IMG/VR virus record: IMGVR_UViG_3300008954_000020
Coordinates: 38,579-102,578 of that record
Direction: 5' to 3' (one strand)
Origin: a virus
Length of the DNA stretch: 64,000 nucleotides
The notes beneath the pieces were generated by a model, which worked only from the letters and a program-made list of their open reading frames with translations, ran no database searches and was not told where the DNA came from. Shown in pieces: positions 18,464 to 28,274 of the stretch (position 1 is the stretch's first letter; each line of letters begins with the position of its first letter). The position numbers and the translations under genes are program-made.

Positions 18464-20128
18464 TTACCATTTAAAGTCATGGTCACGATCATCATCTTTG
18501 CTGATACCATACCATGCATCTCCATCAATATCTATGGTCGGCCCATTTTCCATATTAATGCCATCATCTATAAACCCGAATGGAGTTAACTCATCTTCTA
18601 ATTTTTGTATTTTCTCTTGGAATAGATTCTTTCTTAAATCAAAGTTAGTTAAATCTTTAAAGTATGATTGGGTTGTTAACCACCCAAAAAGAACCAATGT
18701 CATCATTAAATCGTCATGATGTCCTTTTTCTGCCTCATATGAATTGGCTTTTGCTACAAAGGAAACCATTTCTTCGATTGTATCAAAATCTTCAATAATT
18801 ATTTTGTTTTCTTCTACCATAGATTTTATGATAGAACATCCCAGTCTCTTGACTGCTTTTGTGGTTCTGACGCCCAATTGACTTTGTGCAGAGCCAAATC
18901 CGCCGTCAAGAGTTTGACCTTTTCTTCCACGAACAGATGTAACAAGAATATTATCATATTCTAGGTCGTGATGTAAGATATCTGCAACTTGGGCTCCAAT
19001 ATCATTAATTTCAATAAGTGCATGTGCTGTATTGTATTTGTTTCCTACCATAAAGACAGCATTAGGCAAAACCATAGGAGACATTTTATTATTTTTGAAG
19101 GTACACACCACTCTATATGGAGTTTCGGTGATATCAACAACAACTATTGCATGATAATCAATTTCTTGTCCTCTTGAAACATCAACGCACATTACATATT
19201 GGTGGTCTTCTTTGGACTTTTCGTATATTTTAAGACCATCATCTGTTTTTTCAATTGGTGTCTTCCATGTTAGACACTTGAGTTTTTTGGGGTCAATAAG
19301 TGTTTGAGTACTACCAATGAAGTCACATTCAAATTCACATCGGAATTGTTCTTCGCTTGTATTGGCAATAGTTTGTTTCTTCCACTTTTCGTCCCGGCCG
19401 GGAACTTGATTCCAATGAACTTCTATCGGAATATATTCACTTCGTCCTTCTTCTGCATCAATCCACATCTTATAGAACATATTAAGTCCTTTAGGTGTTG
19501 ATACGATTAGAACTTTGGTGTCTTTACCAGATGAAATTGTAGGATAAACCGAACTGAAGAATTCTTCAGCAACACCTGGCGGAACATATGCAAATTCGTC
19601 AAGGAAAATCATATTGAACGAACCACCACGAACTGCACTAGATGAAGTCGCAGCAGCAATAACCTTGGAATGATTTTCTAATTCGATATTAGTTTTATTC
19701 CATTCTTCAATGCCCTGTTGCAACCATTTGGGTAGATGTTCATATGCAAGTTTGAGTCGGGTTAAAAGTTCCCGTGCAGTTGCAAGTTTATTAGCAAGAA
19801 TAGCAACATTCACTTCGGGATTAAATAAGATATAATGTAAAATGTATGCAACAACCGTTGTAGATTTGCCTGTTTGTCGGGGAAACTTGCAAATTACAAA
19901 TCTATTATCATGAACTTTTGATAATAAGTCTTCTTGGAAATCCCACGGTTCAAATTTTTGAAGCCCTTCATCAAGAGTAATAATTTTTACATATCTTTTA
20001 ATGAAGTATAATGGGTCGGCCGCACATTTTAAATATTCCTCAACCTGTTTTTTAGTGAATTCTTGAGGAACATTTGAAGCCTTTAAATTGTGGTTACCAA
20101 GATAAAGATTACTCTTGTTTGCCATCAA
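18464..20128 (-). CDS. gp17: Terminase large subunit
   Basis: YLGNHNLK, PRQTGKST, FLDEFA, STPKG, DVSRG, HDDLMM; no intein. Confidence 0.98.
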   Translation of the reverse strand: MMANKSNLYLGNHNLKASNVPQEFTKKQVEEYLKCAADPLYFIKRYVKIITLDEGLQKFEPWDFQEDLLSKVHDNRFVICKFPRQTGKSTTVVAYILHYILFNPEVNVAILANKLATARELLTRLKLAYEHLPKWLQQGIEEWNKTNIELENHSKVIAAATSSSAVRGGSFNMIFLDEFAYVPPGVAEEFFSSVYPTISSGKDTKVLIVSTPKGLNMFYKMWIDAEEGRSEYIPIEVHWNQVPGRDEKWKKQTIANTSEEQFRCEFECDFIGSTQTLIDPKKLKCLTWKTPIEKTDDGLKIYEKSKEDHQYVMCVDVSRGQEIDYHAIVVVDITETPYRVVCTFKNNKMSPMVLPNAVFMVGNKYNTAHALIEINDIGAQVADILHHDLEYDNILVTSVRGRKGQTLDGGFGSAQSQLGVRTTKAVKRLGCSIIKSMVEENKIIIEDFDTIEEMVSFVAKANSYEAEKGHHDDLMMTLVLFGWLTTQSYFKDLTNFDLRKNLFQEKIQKLEDELTPFGFIDDGINMENGPTIDIDGDAWYGISKDDDRDHDFKW

Positions 20129-20573
20129 CTACCTCTGCATCAATCATGTTGTGTTCTATTTGTTTAACATTTTGTTTTACCATATCTTGCAATTCTTTTG
20201 TCGAACCAACAAATAAGGTATTATTTGTGATGGTTCCTGCAAGTGGTGAATCGGGGTCTTGTTTTTTAATATCCTTCATCTTTTTATGAAGGTCAATTAA
20301 ATCTTTGTTTGCATCGGAAACACTTTTGATGAGTTGGGAAACAACTTCATATGCTCGTGGGGATTCTCCCTCCGATGCCACCCGAAGAATGCCATCGATT
20401 GCAACTTGTCCAGAGTCAATAATGTGATGAAGATTATCTCGAACATCGGTGTAATCCTTATTAAGTTCAGGTTCATAGGCTTTAATTGCCTTTGGTTCTG
20501 ACTGTTGGATTTCTTTTTCTTTATGTTCGATATTTAATGCTTCTGAAAGTTTTTCGTCTACGCTTTTACTCAT
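20109..20573 (-). CDS. gp16: Terminase small subunit
   Basis: DYTDVRDNL, PRAYEVVSQLIK, NNTLFVGSTKELQ. Confidence 0.93.
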   Translation of the reverse strand: MSKSVDEKLSEALNIEHKEKEIQQSEPKAIKAYEPELNKDYTDVRDNLHHIIDSGQVAIDGILRVASEGESPRAYEVVSQLIKSVSDANKDLIDLHKKMKDIKKQDPDSPLAGTITNNTLFVGSTKELQDMVKQNVKQIEHNMIDAEVVDGKQE

Positions 20574-21403
20574 GCTAATGTGTTACCTGCTGAATCAATT
20601 CCGTCTGTTCCCGTCATACCATGTACACGGGTTGTTATTGTATAATCATAATCACTACCATATGTAGCGCCTGCTGGATTGGGTGTAATATCAATTCGTG
20701 ATAGAGCACCCGTAAGTCCACTGAAAGTAGAATCTAGAGTATTGTCATATTGAACAGTGATAGCCGTCTTGATAACACCAGATGTCTTGACTGGACTGTA
20801 CATGTAAGACCTTGCAACAAATTCAAGATTCCACATAACAGACCGAATATCATCAAATGCTCCCTCATAATCGGATTCTACACTTGTACTTTGTAAAACA
20901 ATTGGAACATCTACTTTTTGATGAAGGTCATCTACGAGATTTAAATTAACTGTAAATTCTGGTGTAAAGTATGGTGCAATCTGTTCTAATATCTGTAGTC
21001 CATCATCCACAGTTTCAGTCATAATATACAGACCAAAGTTTAAATTGTATGGAACAGAAGAATAATTTGATTTTACTTGGGCAGTAGTGAGTGATGAATT
21101 ATAGGACTTGAGCCGATTAAGTGTATTAATTTTTCTAGCAGTATCATACTCAACTGATGATAATTCAAATCCGATTCGAGGAAGCGTCATACTCACATCT
21201 GTTTTATCTGGATTGGATAAACGGTAGTCTTCCCTTAATCTACGAATGAACTTTGCTTGGTTTCCATAGGATATTGGAACCTTAATTTGTTTGATTTCAA
21301 CTCCGGCTGAATTTTTACGAGATACCTTGATGTTGTTGAATAATGATCCAAAAGCAATTACAGTATTACGAATACTCTTGTTGTAAAAATGGTCGCCAAA
21401 CAT
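20570..21403 (-). CDS. gp15: Tail sheath stabiliser / terminator
   Basis: FYNKSIR...FGSLFNNI, VPISYG, LPRIGFE, QILEQIAPYFTPEF. Confidence 0.95.
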   Translation of the reverse strand: MFGDHFYNKSIRNTVIAFGSLFNNIKVSRKNSAGVEIKQIKVPISYGNQAKFIRRLREDYRLSNPDKTDVSMTLPRIGFELSSVEYDTARKINTLNRLKSYNSSLTTAQVKSNYSSVPYNLNFGLYIMTETVDDGLQILEQIAPYFTPEFTVNLNLVDDLHQKVDVPIVLQSTSVESDYEGAFDDIRSVMWNLEFVARSYMYSPVKTSGVIKTAITVQYDNTLDSTFSGLTGALSRIDITPNPAGATYGSDYDYTITTRVHGMTGTDGIDSAGNTLA

Positions 21404-22053
21404 TACTTATAATCACCTTCTGAGAATGGGTCGTTTTCTGTGAAGTCAAATATACCATCACCGAGTGTTTCAATAGTAGTATTATCTGCAAACGGGTCGG
21501 ATGGAATTGTTATACCACCTGTGACAGAATCAACTTGGTCAGTTGTTAATGAGTCAACACGGTCATCTCCCGTGTCAAAGTCTTCGTGGGAGTATCGGAA
21601 GAGGTCACATGTAAGTTCATAGGTGTATAGTTTGCCGGCTTGATAGAATGGATTTTCTGTTTCGACATATTTTATTTCGAATAATCCATTGGTTAATGGG
21701 AAATGAATCAAATCACCCTCCCTTGGATATGTTATATCAGAAAGGTGTGCAAACTCCTCTGTGAATCGTTTCTTTGATACAACAACACTCATTGAATCGT
21801 TGATTTGAAAACCCAGTTTGGTGATTATATCACCCTCACCCTCGAATCCGTCTACATTAGATACATACATTTCAATTTCGACAGCATGTTCGAATTTCGA
21901 GATAGTGTCTTCACCGAAAAGAGTATCTTCGTTGACTAGAGTTCTTGGGATATAAAGAAAATCGAAACCATGTACCTTTATTGATTCTATTACAAGGTCT
22001 TCAATAAGATTTTGGTCAACCGATTCTCTCTTGAAGTGTGGATTTGTTGACAT
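21403..22053 (-). CDS. gp14: Neck protein
   Basis: EDLVIESIK, YIPR, PREGDLI, FEIKYVE, PFYQ, DFTENDPF. Confidence 0.95.
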   Translation of the reverse strand: MSTNPHFKRESVDQNLIEDLVIESIKVHGFDFLYIPRTLVNEDTLFGEDTISKFEHAVEIEMYVSNVDGFEGEGDIITKLGFQINDSMSVVVSKKRFTEEFAHLSDITYPREGDLIHFPLTNGLFEIKYVETENPFYQAGKLYTYELTCDLFRYSHEDFDTGDDRVDSLTTDQVDSVTGGITIPSDPFADNTTIETLGDGIFDFTENDPFSEGDYK

Positions 22054-22060
22054 TATTAAT

Positions 22061-25000
22061 CTACCTCAATACTTGAGCAGTGATATATCCACCCTTGTTG
22101 AACTTTGCTGAATGATTCGTTGATCTCAGTCTGAAACGCTTTGGTTGAGTAGTATTTCGGCGGTATATGCCTTCGAATTTACATTGTTGCATATTTGCTT
22201 CAGTTGTATCCTTGAACCATCTATTCGACATCTCGATAGGCCTGCCCAGTTTTACAGTAAGCTCATCAGACCATCTGTTTCCTGCCGATTCATGAGCGTA
22301 TTGCAGTTGACGAATAGTGAAATGTCCAACAGCGCCCATGTAATCGTTTTGTGTATCGTGATCTTTCTGGTAGTTGACGTCCCCAACACCACCGAAGCCA
22401 CCGTTCACATAGATCCCATTGTATGTGGCCATGCAAGGAATTCCGTAATTACTCATATTGCTGAAATCAACCACTCTCAATTGCCTACTGCCATGTGCAT
22501 AGTCATGATTGTTGCACCAGAAGAGTCCAGAATATCGATTGGCGCCAAAGTCTGATGTATGGACACCGTTGTCGTAGTAAGTGAAACCAGCATACCACCC
22601 CTTAGTGGTGTTCAGGCCAAGACCGTTCCAATCAATTCGTATATCATTTGCGCCGAGATCGATTACATCTTCCAAATCGACATCAAGCGTTGTGCCACTC
22701 CTGCTGACTCGTTCTTCCACATAAAAGACATCCGCACCAGCACGCCAATTTCCACCCTTACCACATTTAATTCCTTTGAAAGTGCCTACGGTTTGGCCAT
22801 TGTAATTTGTAGCGCTGGAACCAAGGTCGAGATACCTGATATTATCCAAACGGACATCAACATCACCAAGGCCACTATCGGGATAACCGTCAAGGAGAAT
22901 TAGATTGTCCTTGATCTCGCAATAGGGGCCCCAGCCACTCGCAACCCCACTGGCATATCGCAAGACCAGGCCGCTGCCGGAAAAATATATTGCGCCGGGA
23001 TTGGTGGCAGGGTCTTTCGAACGAATTGTGTCATTTGATCCTTGCCCAATTGTAAGGGCTTCACAAGTTACCATTTGCGTTGCCCATAAATTCTCTGCGG
23101 CTAAGTTTCCGTAACAATTTACTTTATACCCAGCATCTGGATTTCCGCCGATACCAACATTACCGATGCCGTCAATGATCATTCTGGTTTTTGCGCCCGC
23201 ATCATAACTATTTGTAGTAGCAAAGGCCATTTTACTGCCGTATCCAACATCCGTAGCTACATAAATCCCCGCACTAGCCCTATTGTCCGAATCTTGAGCA
23301 CCGAATGTAATTGCACCGCCTCGGCCCGCAAGGTCGGTTGAACCTCTTACATCCAAGTGCAACATGCCTTTGATGTTGCCGATGTTTGTGACGAAATGGT
23401 TCGAACCATCAGTCCAACTATTCGCACCGTCATCGGGGTCTTCTGACCAGAGGTGAAGAAGACATCCGGCCGCATTGTGAGTCGTTCCGTGTCCCGGCCC
23501 CATTGCAATCTGTCCATCAGCTCCGACAGACATATGAACGACATCTTCGTTTTCACTTGCGACTCTGAAATATCCATCAGTTCGCACTGCAATTTTGTCT
23601 TCACTCGCTAGAATTAGCGATCTATTAGTACCATCAGTGAACTCCACAAAACCATAATCATATATTCCTGCGCCATCAAAGTTCATTGATATGTGGGGAG
23701 CCGTGCCAGAGGGCTTTATCATAAGTGGCGCATCAGGAGCATCAGTTGTACCAATGGATACACCTTGATTTTCTTCTGTACAAAGAAAAGTATCCCCCGA
23801 AATTCGACATTCACCATTAACATCTAATAGATAATCAGCATATCGTTTATTGATTCCTACATAACCAGTTAATTTCTGAATAGAGATGTCACTAGTCGCA
23901 TGAGGATTCTCACCACTTCGTGCAGTGATATACATATACTCCATATTTTCACTGCCAGACCCATAGGCACCCAACACTCCCAACGAATCCAATACGCCTT
24001 GATCCCCCACAAATACACCATTACTATTCGTCCCTGCAATAGCAAATCCACGGGCCCACCCGCCAGTCGTGTAAGATGGTGCAGTTACAATACCATAATC
24101 ACTTATCATGGATATAGAAGAGAAGCCCTCGACTCTAATGGGCCCTTGAAAGGTTTGGGCGGATGTTTCTGTCAGATATGCAATTCCAGACGGTAAGAGA
24201 TCACTGTCCCAATCGGTTGATCCATCAGCATTAATTATGGCAATAAGTTGATTTGCTGTTAATTGAGCCGGAGCAGAAGAAGAACCAGCACCAAGACCGA
24301 GAATTCGGTTGGGGAAAATATCTGCCATCATTTCATGAGTAAATGCTTGGGCAGTAAATGCACCACCACCACTAGGAACCATCAAAACATCATTACCAGC
24401 AGTTGTGCCTGTGGTAACATCTGTAATATCGTTTAATACGAGAGATGCAGTAACCGATGACTGTGGAATGAATCCAAATTCTTGGTTTGTGCCATCACCA
24501 AATCGAATCATAACATGACCCGATGCACCGTGTTGTCCCGACATGAGGTTCATTGCAGAAAGTCCTACTGCACCATCGGCAAGTTCATATGATCGAACCG
24601 AACCATCTTCAATTTCTGTATAACCAATACCGCCTGTTTTGATTGAAACTGCACCAGAGGAAGTACTAAACATATTGGAATTAAAACTAGCAATACCCTT
24701 ATTGGAAGTCGTAGCTTCTTCACCCGAAAAGCTAACTTTATTGGACGAAACTGTTGTGCTAATCCCATCGGCACCTTCGAATGTTATTGTTTGACCAAGT
24801 GATACTGCATCGGTCGTACTGCCGTCGTATATATTAATTCCATCGTTTGCTATTTTTGCGTTTGTAACTGCATCATCTGGAATTTTTACAGTTGTAACTG
24901 CATCGTCTTGAATTTTTGCAGTTATTACGGAATCTGTTGCAAGTTTAGCAGCAACAACACCAACATCTTTGAGTCGAAGAGCATTACCACTAATTTCAAG

Positions 25001-26302
25001 TCCTGTACCATCTACATTAACTTGAAGGGTGTGGTCACCACCAAGTGTAACACCTGCACCATCCATTAATGCGCCGCCACCAGAAGAATATGTTAGTCCC
25101 GAACCCACAGGGGTTGCAAGTGTGATTCCACCAGCATTGGCCAACATGGCGTTTGTTACTTTTCCAGCGCCAATTGCCACAACACCTGTGTTATTGATAG
25201 TAATATCACCACTAATCACTCGGTTTGTAAAGGAATCATCACCACCATGGCCAATAAACATATGGCCATCGAGAATTGGTAAATTCAAACTCATTTCTTC
25301 GAGTCCGGCAATACCAGTTGCACCTGTACCAATTTCTGTGACATTCAGCCACGCCCATGTCTTGTTATCTCCAACACCTGTTCCCGTAATGCCAAGAATA
25401 TTACTAGTACCAACACCCGGCGAACCGAGAATCTCGCCGCCGATGAGTACACCACCACAAGCGCCTCGCTGTCCGAAAGACAAGCTTGGAATATTTAATC
25501 CTTCCATGAAGAATGCTGTCGATCCATCATGGAACATAATTCCTGTGTGTCCAGCAGGTGTGCCGGCAATATCAGCAATATTGATAACTCTATTAAGGAA
25601 TTTTAATGTACCATCGCCTTTTGGGCCAATCACCCAATTTTCGACTCCTGTTGTAAGTCCTTTAAGTTCAGCAGTTCCTATTTTATCGTCACTGATGGTG
25701 AGCGCACCAGTCTTAGAAATAGTTGCATCACCACTTATGGCAACATTTTCGAATCTACTATCAGAATTATCATAAACTAAAATATTTGCATCAGCCGCTG
25801 AAGATATAGTAACATCTCCAAGGTGTGATAACACTGGTTCAATAAAGTTTAATCCGCCATCATTGTTGAATAGAATATGACCAGACGAACCATGTGTTGC
25901 AACATTTAGATTTGTAATACCGACTACATCAACGGACAGAGTAACAACACCACCTGTTCCTACTGTTGCGTGTCCTGTGATTGGTTGTGAGTGATATTTG
26001 TCAGTTGCATCATTGTAGACCATCATGTGGCCTGCTGCGGCCCCCACTCTTGTAACATCTTCTAAATCTTCAAGATTGGCATTGAACTGCAATTGAAGAT
26101 TAGTACGATCATTTCCACTCTCATCAGTTGCAACAAAAGTAATTGAATCCCCTGAGGCACCATCAGCATGTTTGAAGTTAATACCACCACGAAGTGTTGC
26201 ACCTGCAATGGTAGTTCCTTCTAATTCTAGGAATTGGATAATGTTCGGAATAATCATTGCTTCCGAAACACGGTTGAGATAGTTGATATTGGGATCGCTC
26301 AT
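22061..26302 (-). CDS. Large fibre-like virion protein (putative neck/collar or tail fibre)
   Basis: 1413 aa, Gly/Thr-rich; LxDLxDV and ISGDxTI fibre repeats, VTxAKI repeats, GNVGIG beta-repeats. Confidence 0.75.
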   Translation of the reverse strand: MSDPNINYLNRVSEAMIIPNIIQFLELEGTTIAGATLRGGINFKHADGASGDSITFVATDESGNDRTNLQLQFNANLEDLEDVTRVGAAAGHMMVYNDATDKYHSQPITGHATVGTGGVVTLSVDVVGITNLNVATHGSSGHILFNNDGGLNFIEPVLSHLGDVTISSAADANILVYDNSDSRFENVAISGDATISKTGALTISDDKIGTAELKGLTTGVENWVIGPKGDGTLKFLNRVINIADIAGTPAGHTGIMFHDGSTAFFMEGLNIPSLSFGQRGACGGVLIGGEILGSPGVGTSNILGITGTGVGDNKTWAWLNVTEIGTGATGIAGLEEMSLNLPILDGHMFIGHGGDDSFTNRVISGDITINNTGVVAIGAGKVTNAMLANAGGITLATPVGSGLTYSSGGGALMDGAGVTLGGDHTLQVNVDGTGLEISGNALRLKDVGVVAAKLATDSVITAKIQDDAVTTVKIPDDAVTNAKIANDGINIYDGSTTDAVSLGQTITFEGADGISTTVSSNKVSFSGEEATTSNKGIASFNSNMFSTSSGAVSIKTGGIGYTEIEDGSVRSYELADGAVGLSAMNLMSGQHGASGHVMIRFGDGTNQEFGFIPQSSVTASLVLNDITDVTTGTTAGNDVLMVPSGGGAFTAQAFTHEMMADIFPNRILGLGAGSSSAPAQLTANQLIAIINADGSTDWDSDLLPSGIAYLTETSAQTFQGPIRVEGFSSISMISDYGIVTAPSYTTGGWARGFAIAGTNSNGVFVGDQGVLDSLGVLGAYGSGSENMEYMYITARSGENPHATSDISIQKLTGYVGINKRYADYLLDVNGECRISGDTFLCTEENQGVSIGTTDAPDAPLMIKPSGTAPHISMNFDGAGIYDYGFVEFTDGTNRSLILASEDKIAVRTDGYFRVASENEDVVHMSVGADGQIAMGPGHGTTHNAAGCLLHLWSEDPDDGANSWTDGSNHFVTNIGNIKGMLHLDVRGSTDLAGRGGAITFGAQDSDNRASAGIYVATDVGYGSKMAFATTNSYDAGAKTRMIIDGIGNVGIGGNPDAGYKVNCYGNLAAENLWATQMVTCEALTIGQGSNDTIRSKDPATNPGAIYFSGSGLVLRYASGVASGWGPYCEIKDNLILLDGYPDSGLGDVDVRLDNIRYLDLGSSATNYNGQTVGTFKGIKCGKGGNWRAGADVFYVEERVSRSGTTLDVDLEDVIDLGANDIRIDWNGLGLNTTKGWYAGFTYYDNGVHTSDFGANRYSGLFWCNNHDYAHGSRQLRVVDFSNMSNYGIPCMATYNGIYVNGGFGGVGDVNYQKDHDTQNDYMGAVGHFTIRQLQYAHESAGNRWSDELTVKLGRPIEMSNRWFKDTTEANMQQCKFEGIYRRNTTQPKRFRLRSTNHSAKFNKGGYITAQVLR
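24840..24960 (-). repeat. Tandem 10-aa (30-bp) VTxxKIxDDA repeats
   Basis: VVAAKLATDS-VITAKIQDDA-VTTVKIPDDA-VTNAKIAND; recurring gtaactgcatc at the DNA level. Confidence 0.8.
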
Positions 26303-26314
26303 TGTAGTTCCTTA

Positions 26315-27052
26315 TTATCCTGTCATGAAGGCTGGGGGTTCTTCATATTTATCAAGAATTTCTTCTTCAATTCGATTTATTTCTTCAGTTCCATCATCAT
26401 AAAGTTGTCTACCATTAAATTCAACGCCGCCGGGCAATTGAACACCTGTAAACTTCAACAGGTTTTGTCCCCATTGCTGTTTAAATTGTGCTACCACATA
26501 TTTCTTTAATAAAATACTATCGTATATTTCCGTCCAAGTTTCGGGGTCTAAAACTGTGTACGCTTCTGCAACAAGATATTCATCTACAGAAATTTCTTCA
26601 CTCCAGTTCATATCAACATGAAGACGATTTGTTACTCGATTGAAACGAATTTGTCGTTCACCCTGCAACATTTGAGAAACCATATTCATGTGTCTTTTGT
26701 AAATATCATATTCGATAAATGTTGATGAACTGAATGAATAAAAATCGTTTAATGCCGATTGATATCTAACATCAAACATATTTATTGTTCCTTGATTAAA
26801 ATGGAACAATTTAACAATAGCGGCTATGCTATCTGATACAGTAATATACTGGTTATCGATATCATCTTGAGTAACTTTGTGGTTAAGATATGTTTTTTCA
26901 ATTCCATCAAAGTGATATTCACCGAAGAATTGAAGTGCTTCATCCAAACGATCTTCTAGTTGAGAATCTTCGACATTGATATCGACAACAGGAGCACCTA
27001 GTTTCCTAAGTGCATATTGTTTTAAATTCTCTCTTGATGAAGGTCTGGCCAT
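26315..27052 (-). CDS. gp13: Neck protein
   Basis: LKQYALRKLGAPVVDINV, EYHFDG, KQQWGQNLLKF, LPGGV. Confidence 0.96.
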   Translation of the reverse strand: MARPSSRENLKQYALRKLGAPVVDINVEDSQLEDRLDEALQFFGEYHFDGIEKTYLNHKVTQDDIDNQYITVSDSIAAIVKLFHFNQGTINMFDVRYQSALNDFYSFSSSTFIEYDIYKRHMNMVSQMLQGERQIRFNRVTNRLHVDMNWSEEISVDEYLVAEAYTVLDPETWTEIYDSILLKKYVVAQFKQQWGQNLLKFTGVQLPGGVEFNGRQLYDDGTEEINRIEEEILDKYEEPPAFMTG

Positions 27053-27077
27053 GTTTTAGACTCCTAAGTTTCTATCT

Positions 27078-27085
27078 TATGTATA
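27078..27085 (-). promoter_or_regulatory. Late promoter for gp13
   Basis: TATACATA then AGGAG RBS. Confidence 0.65.
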
Positions 27086-27088
27086 AAC

Positions 27089-27352
27089 CTAAGAGTCTGT
27101 TGTCTCTTCTATATTCTTTTTCATCATTAACAAATCGTTAAATCTCAAAAGAATTTCATCTCCAAGTTTCAAATCTCCGCCCCATTGATTTATACCATCA
27201 TTAAATATGGCTGTCTTTCCGTCATACGAAACATGAGTTGCGGGAGAAATGTCAAATTTTGGAAAAAGAGTATGAAAAGTTTTTAACTCAAAAGTTACAT
27301 GATTTATTCGTGCATATCTGTCTTTTACATAATAAAAAGTATTTTCATTCAT
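27089..27352 (-). CDS. Hypothetical protein (possible fibre accessory)
   Basis: 87-aa ORF, last gene of the fibre cluster. Confidence 0.55.
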   Translation of the reverse strand: MNENTFYYVKDRYARINHVTFELKTFHTLFPKFDISPATHVSYDGKTAIFNDGINQWGGDLKLGDEILLRFNDLLMMKKNIEETTDS

Positions 27353-27360
27353 TTATCTTA

Positions 27361-28266
27361 TTACTTGCCAGCCGCTTGCTGGGTGAAGGGACTAGCCTTA
27401 GATGTAGTAAACGAAACATTAGTGGGGTCTAGAAGATAACTTATCTTTTGTACATCTGTTGACCCAACAGGATTCTCGATAATGTTTTTCATATCCGTTC
27501 GACTAAGGTAGTTTTCATAGAAACTTGCCAATAGTGCATGTATACATTTATCATATTCTGTTGGTGAAAGTGATGTAATAGTCCCCTCAGTATCAATAAT
27601 TTTAATTCCTGTAACATTCACGGATGTTTGCGATCCTGTATTAACAATAGATAAATTTAAATCGCTGAAGTGTTTAATCATCAGGAGGTCAAGGATGGTG
27701 TCTCTTCGATTATCGAAGACCAGTGATTGAGATGACCCATCATCTTTTTCGAAAGAGATGGCTTGTGTTGCACCAAGGCCTTCTTCCAAGAAGTTATTTT
27801 CAGATTCAATGCCCTTGACGGTTTGAACTTGAACTAGTGAAATGTCTGGGTGTGTTCTGGGGTCAATTTCGGTTTTACCAGCAAAGTCTTGATGGGAGTC
27901 ATACACCCCAATCTCAATCGAAGTAGATGCATAATCGGAAGGTAACTGTCCATGAGTTAGGGCAATATCAGTAGATATCTCTTGCATGTTTAGAGATGAG
28001 AGGTCATTATACAAAGCTGATCCTGTTGCCGCACCCATAGGAGCGGTTATTCCACCTAGACCTCCAGTTGTACCATCTATAGATAATAATCCACCTGTTG
28101 CCCCTTGCAAGTCATTATAAACATCGGCAGGGATTTCGAAATATTCATATGTTCCATAAGCCGATGCGCCGGCCGGAAACATTAGTTTAAATTGGGCTAA
28201 AGTAGTAGCATCGCCTTTGGCGACCACTTCGGATATATCATTATTTGTTTTAGTTAAAAAGTACAT
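27361..28266 (-). CDS. Hypothetical virion-associated protein (possible fibre chaperone/accessory)
   Basis: 301 aa directly after the beta-helix gene; carries GATG/GTTG/GITA motifs. Confidence 0.6.
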   Translation of the reverse strand: MYFLTKTNNDISEVVAKGDATTLAQFKLMFPAGASAYGTYEYFEIPADVYNDLQGATGGLLSIDGTTGGLGGITAPMGAATGSALYNDLSSLNMQEISTDIALTHGQLPSDYASTSIEIGVYDSHQDFAGKTEIDPRTHPDISLVQVQTVKGIESENNFLEEGLGATQAISFEKDDGSSQSLVFDNRRDTILDLLMIKHFSDLNLSIVNTGSQTSVNVTGIKIIDTEGTITSLSPTEYDKCIHALLASFYENYLSRTDMKNIIENPVGSTDVQKISYLLDPTNVSFTTSKASPFTQQAAGK

Positions 28267-28274
28267 ATAGACCC

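Noticed and set aside
10174-20128. Introns, inteins or homing endonucleases in gp23, gp20, gp18 and gp17
   Set aside because: Genes are continuous and of normal length, with no splicing or LAGLIDADG/GIY-YIG/HNH motifs
25029-25775. 248-aa Pro-rich plus-strand ORF, and similar ones at 31645-32196 and 50758-51168
   Set aside because: Reverse complements of Gly-rich fibre and spike codons
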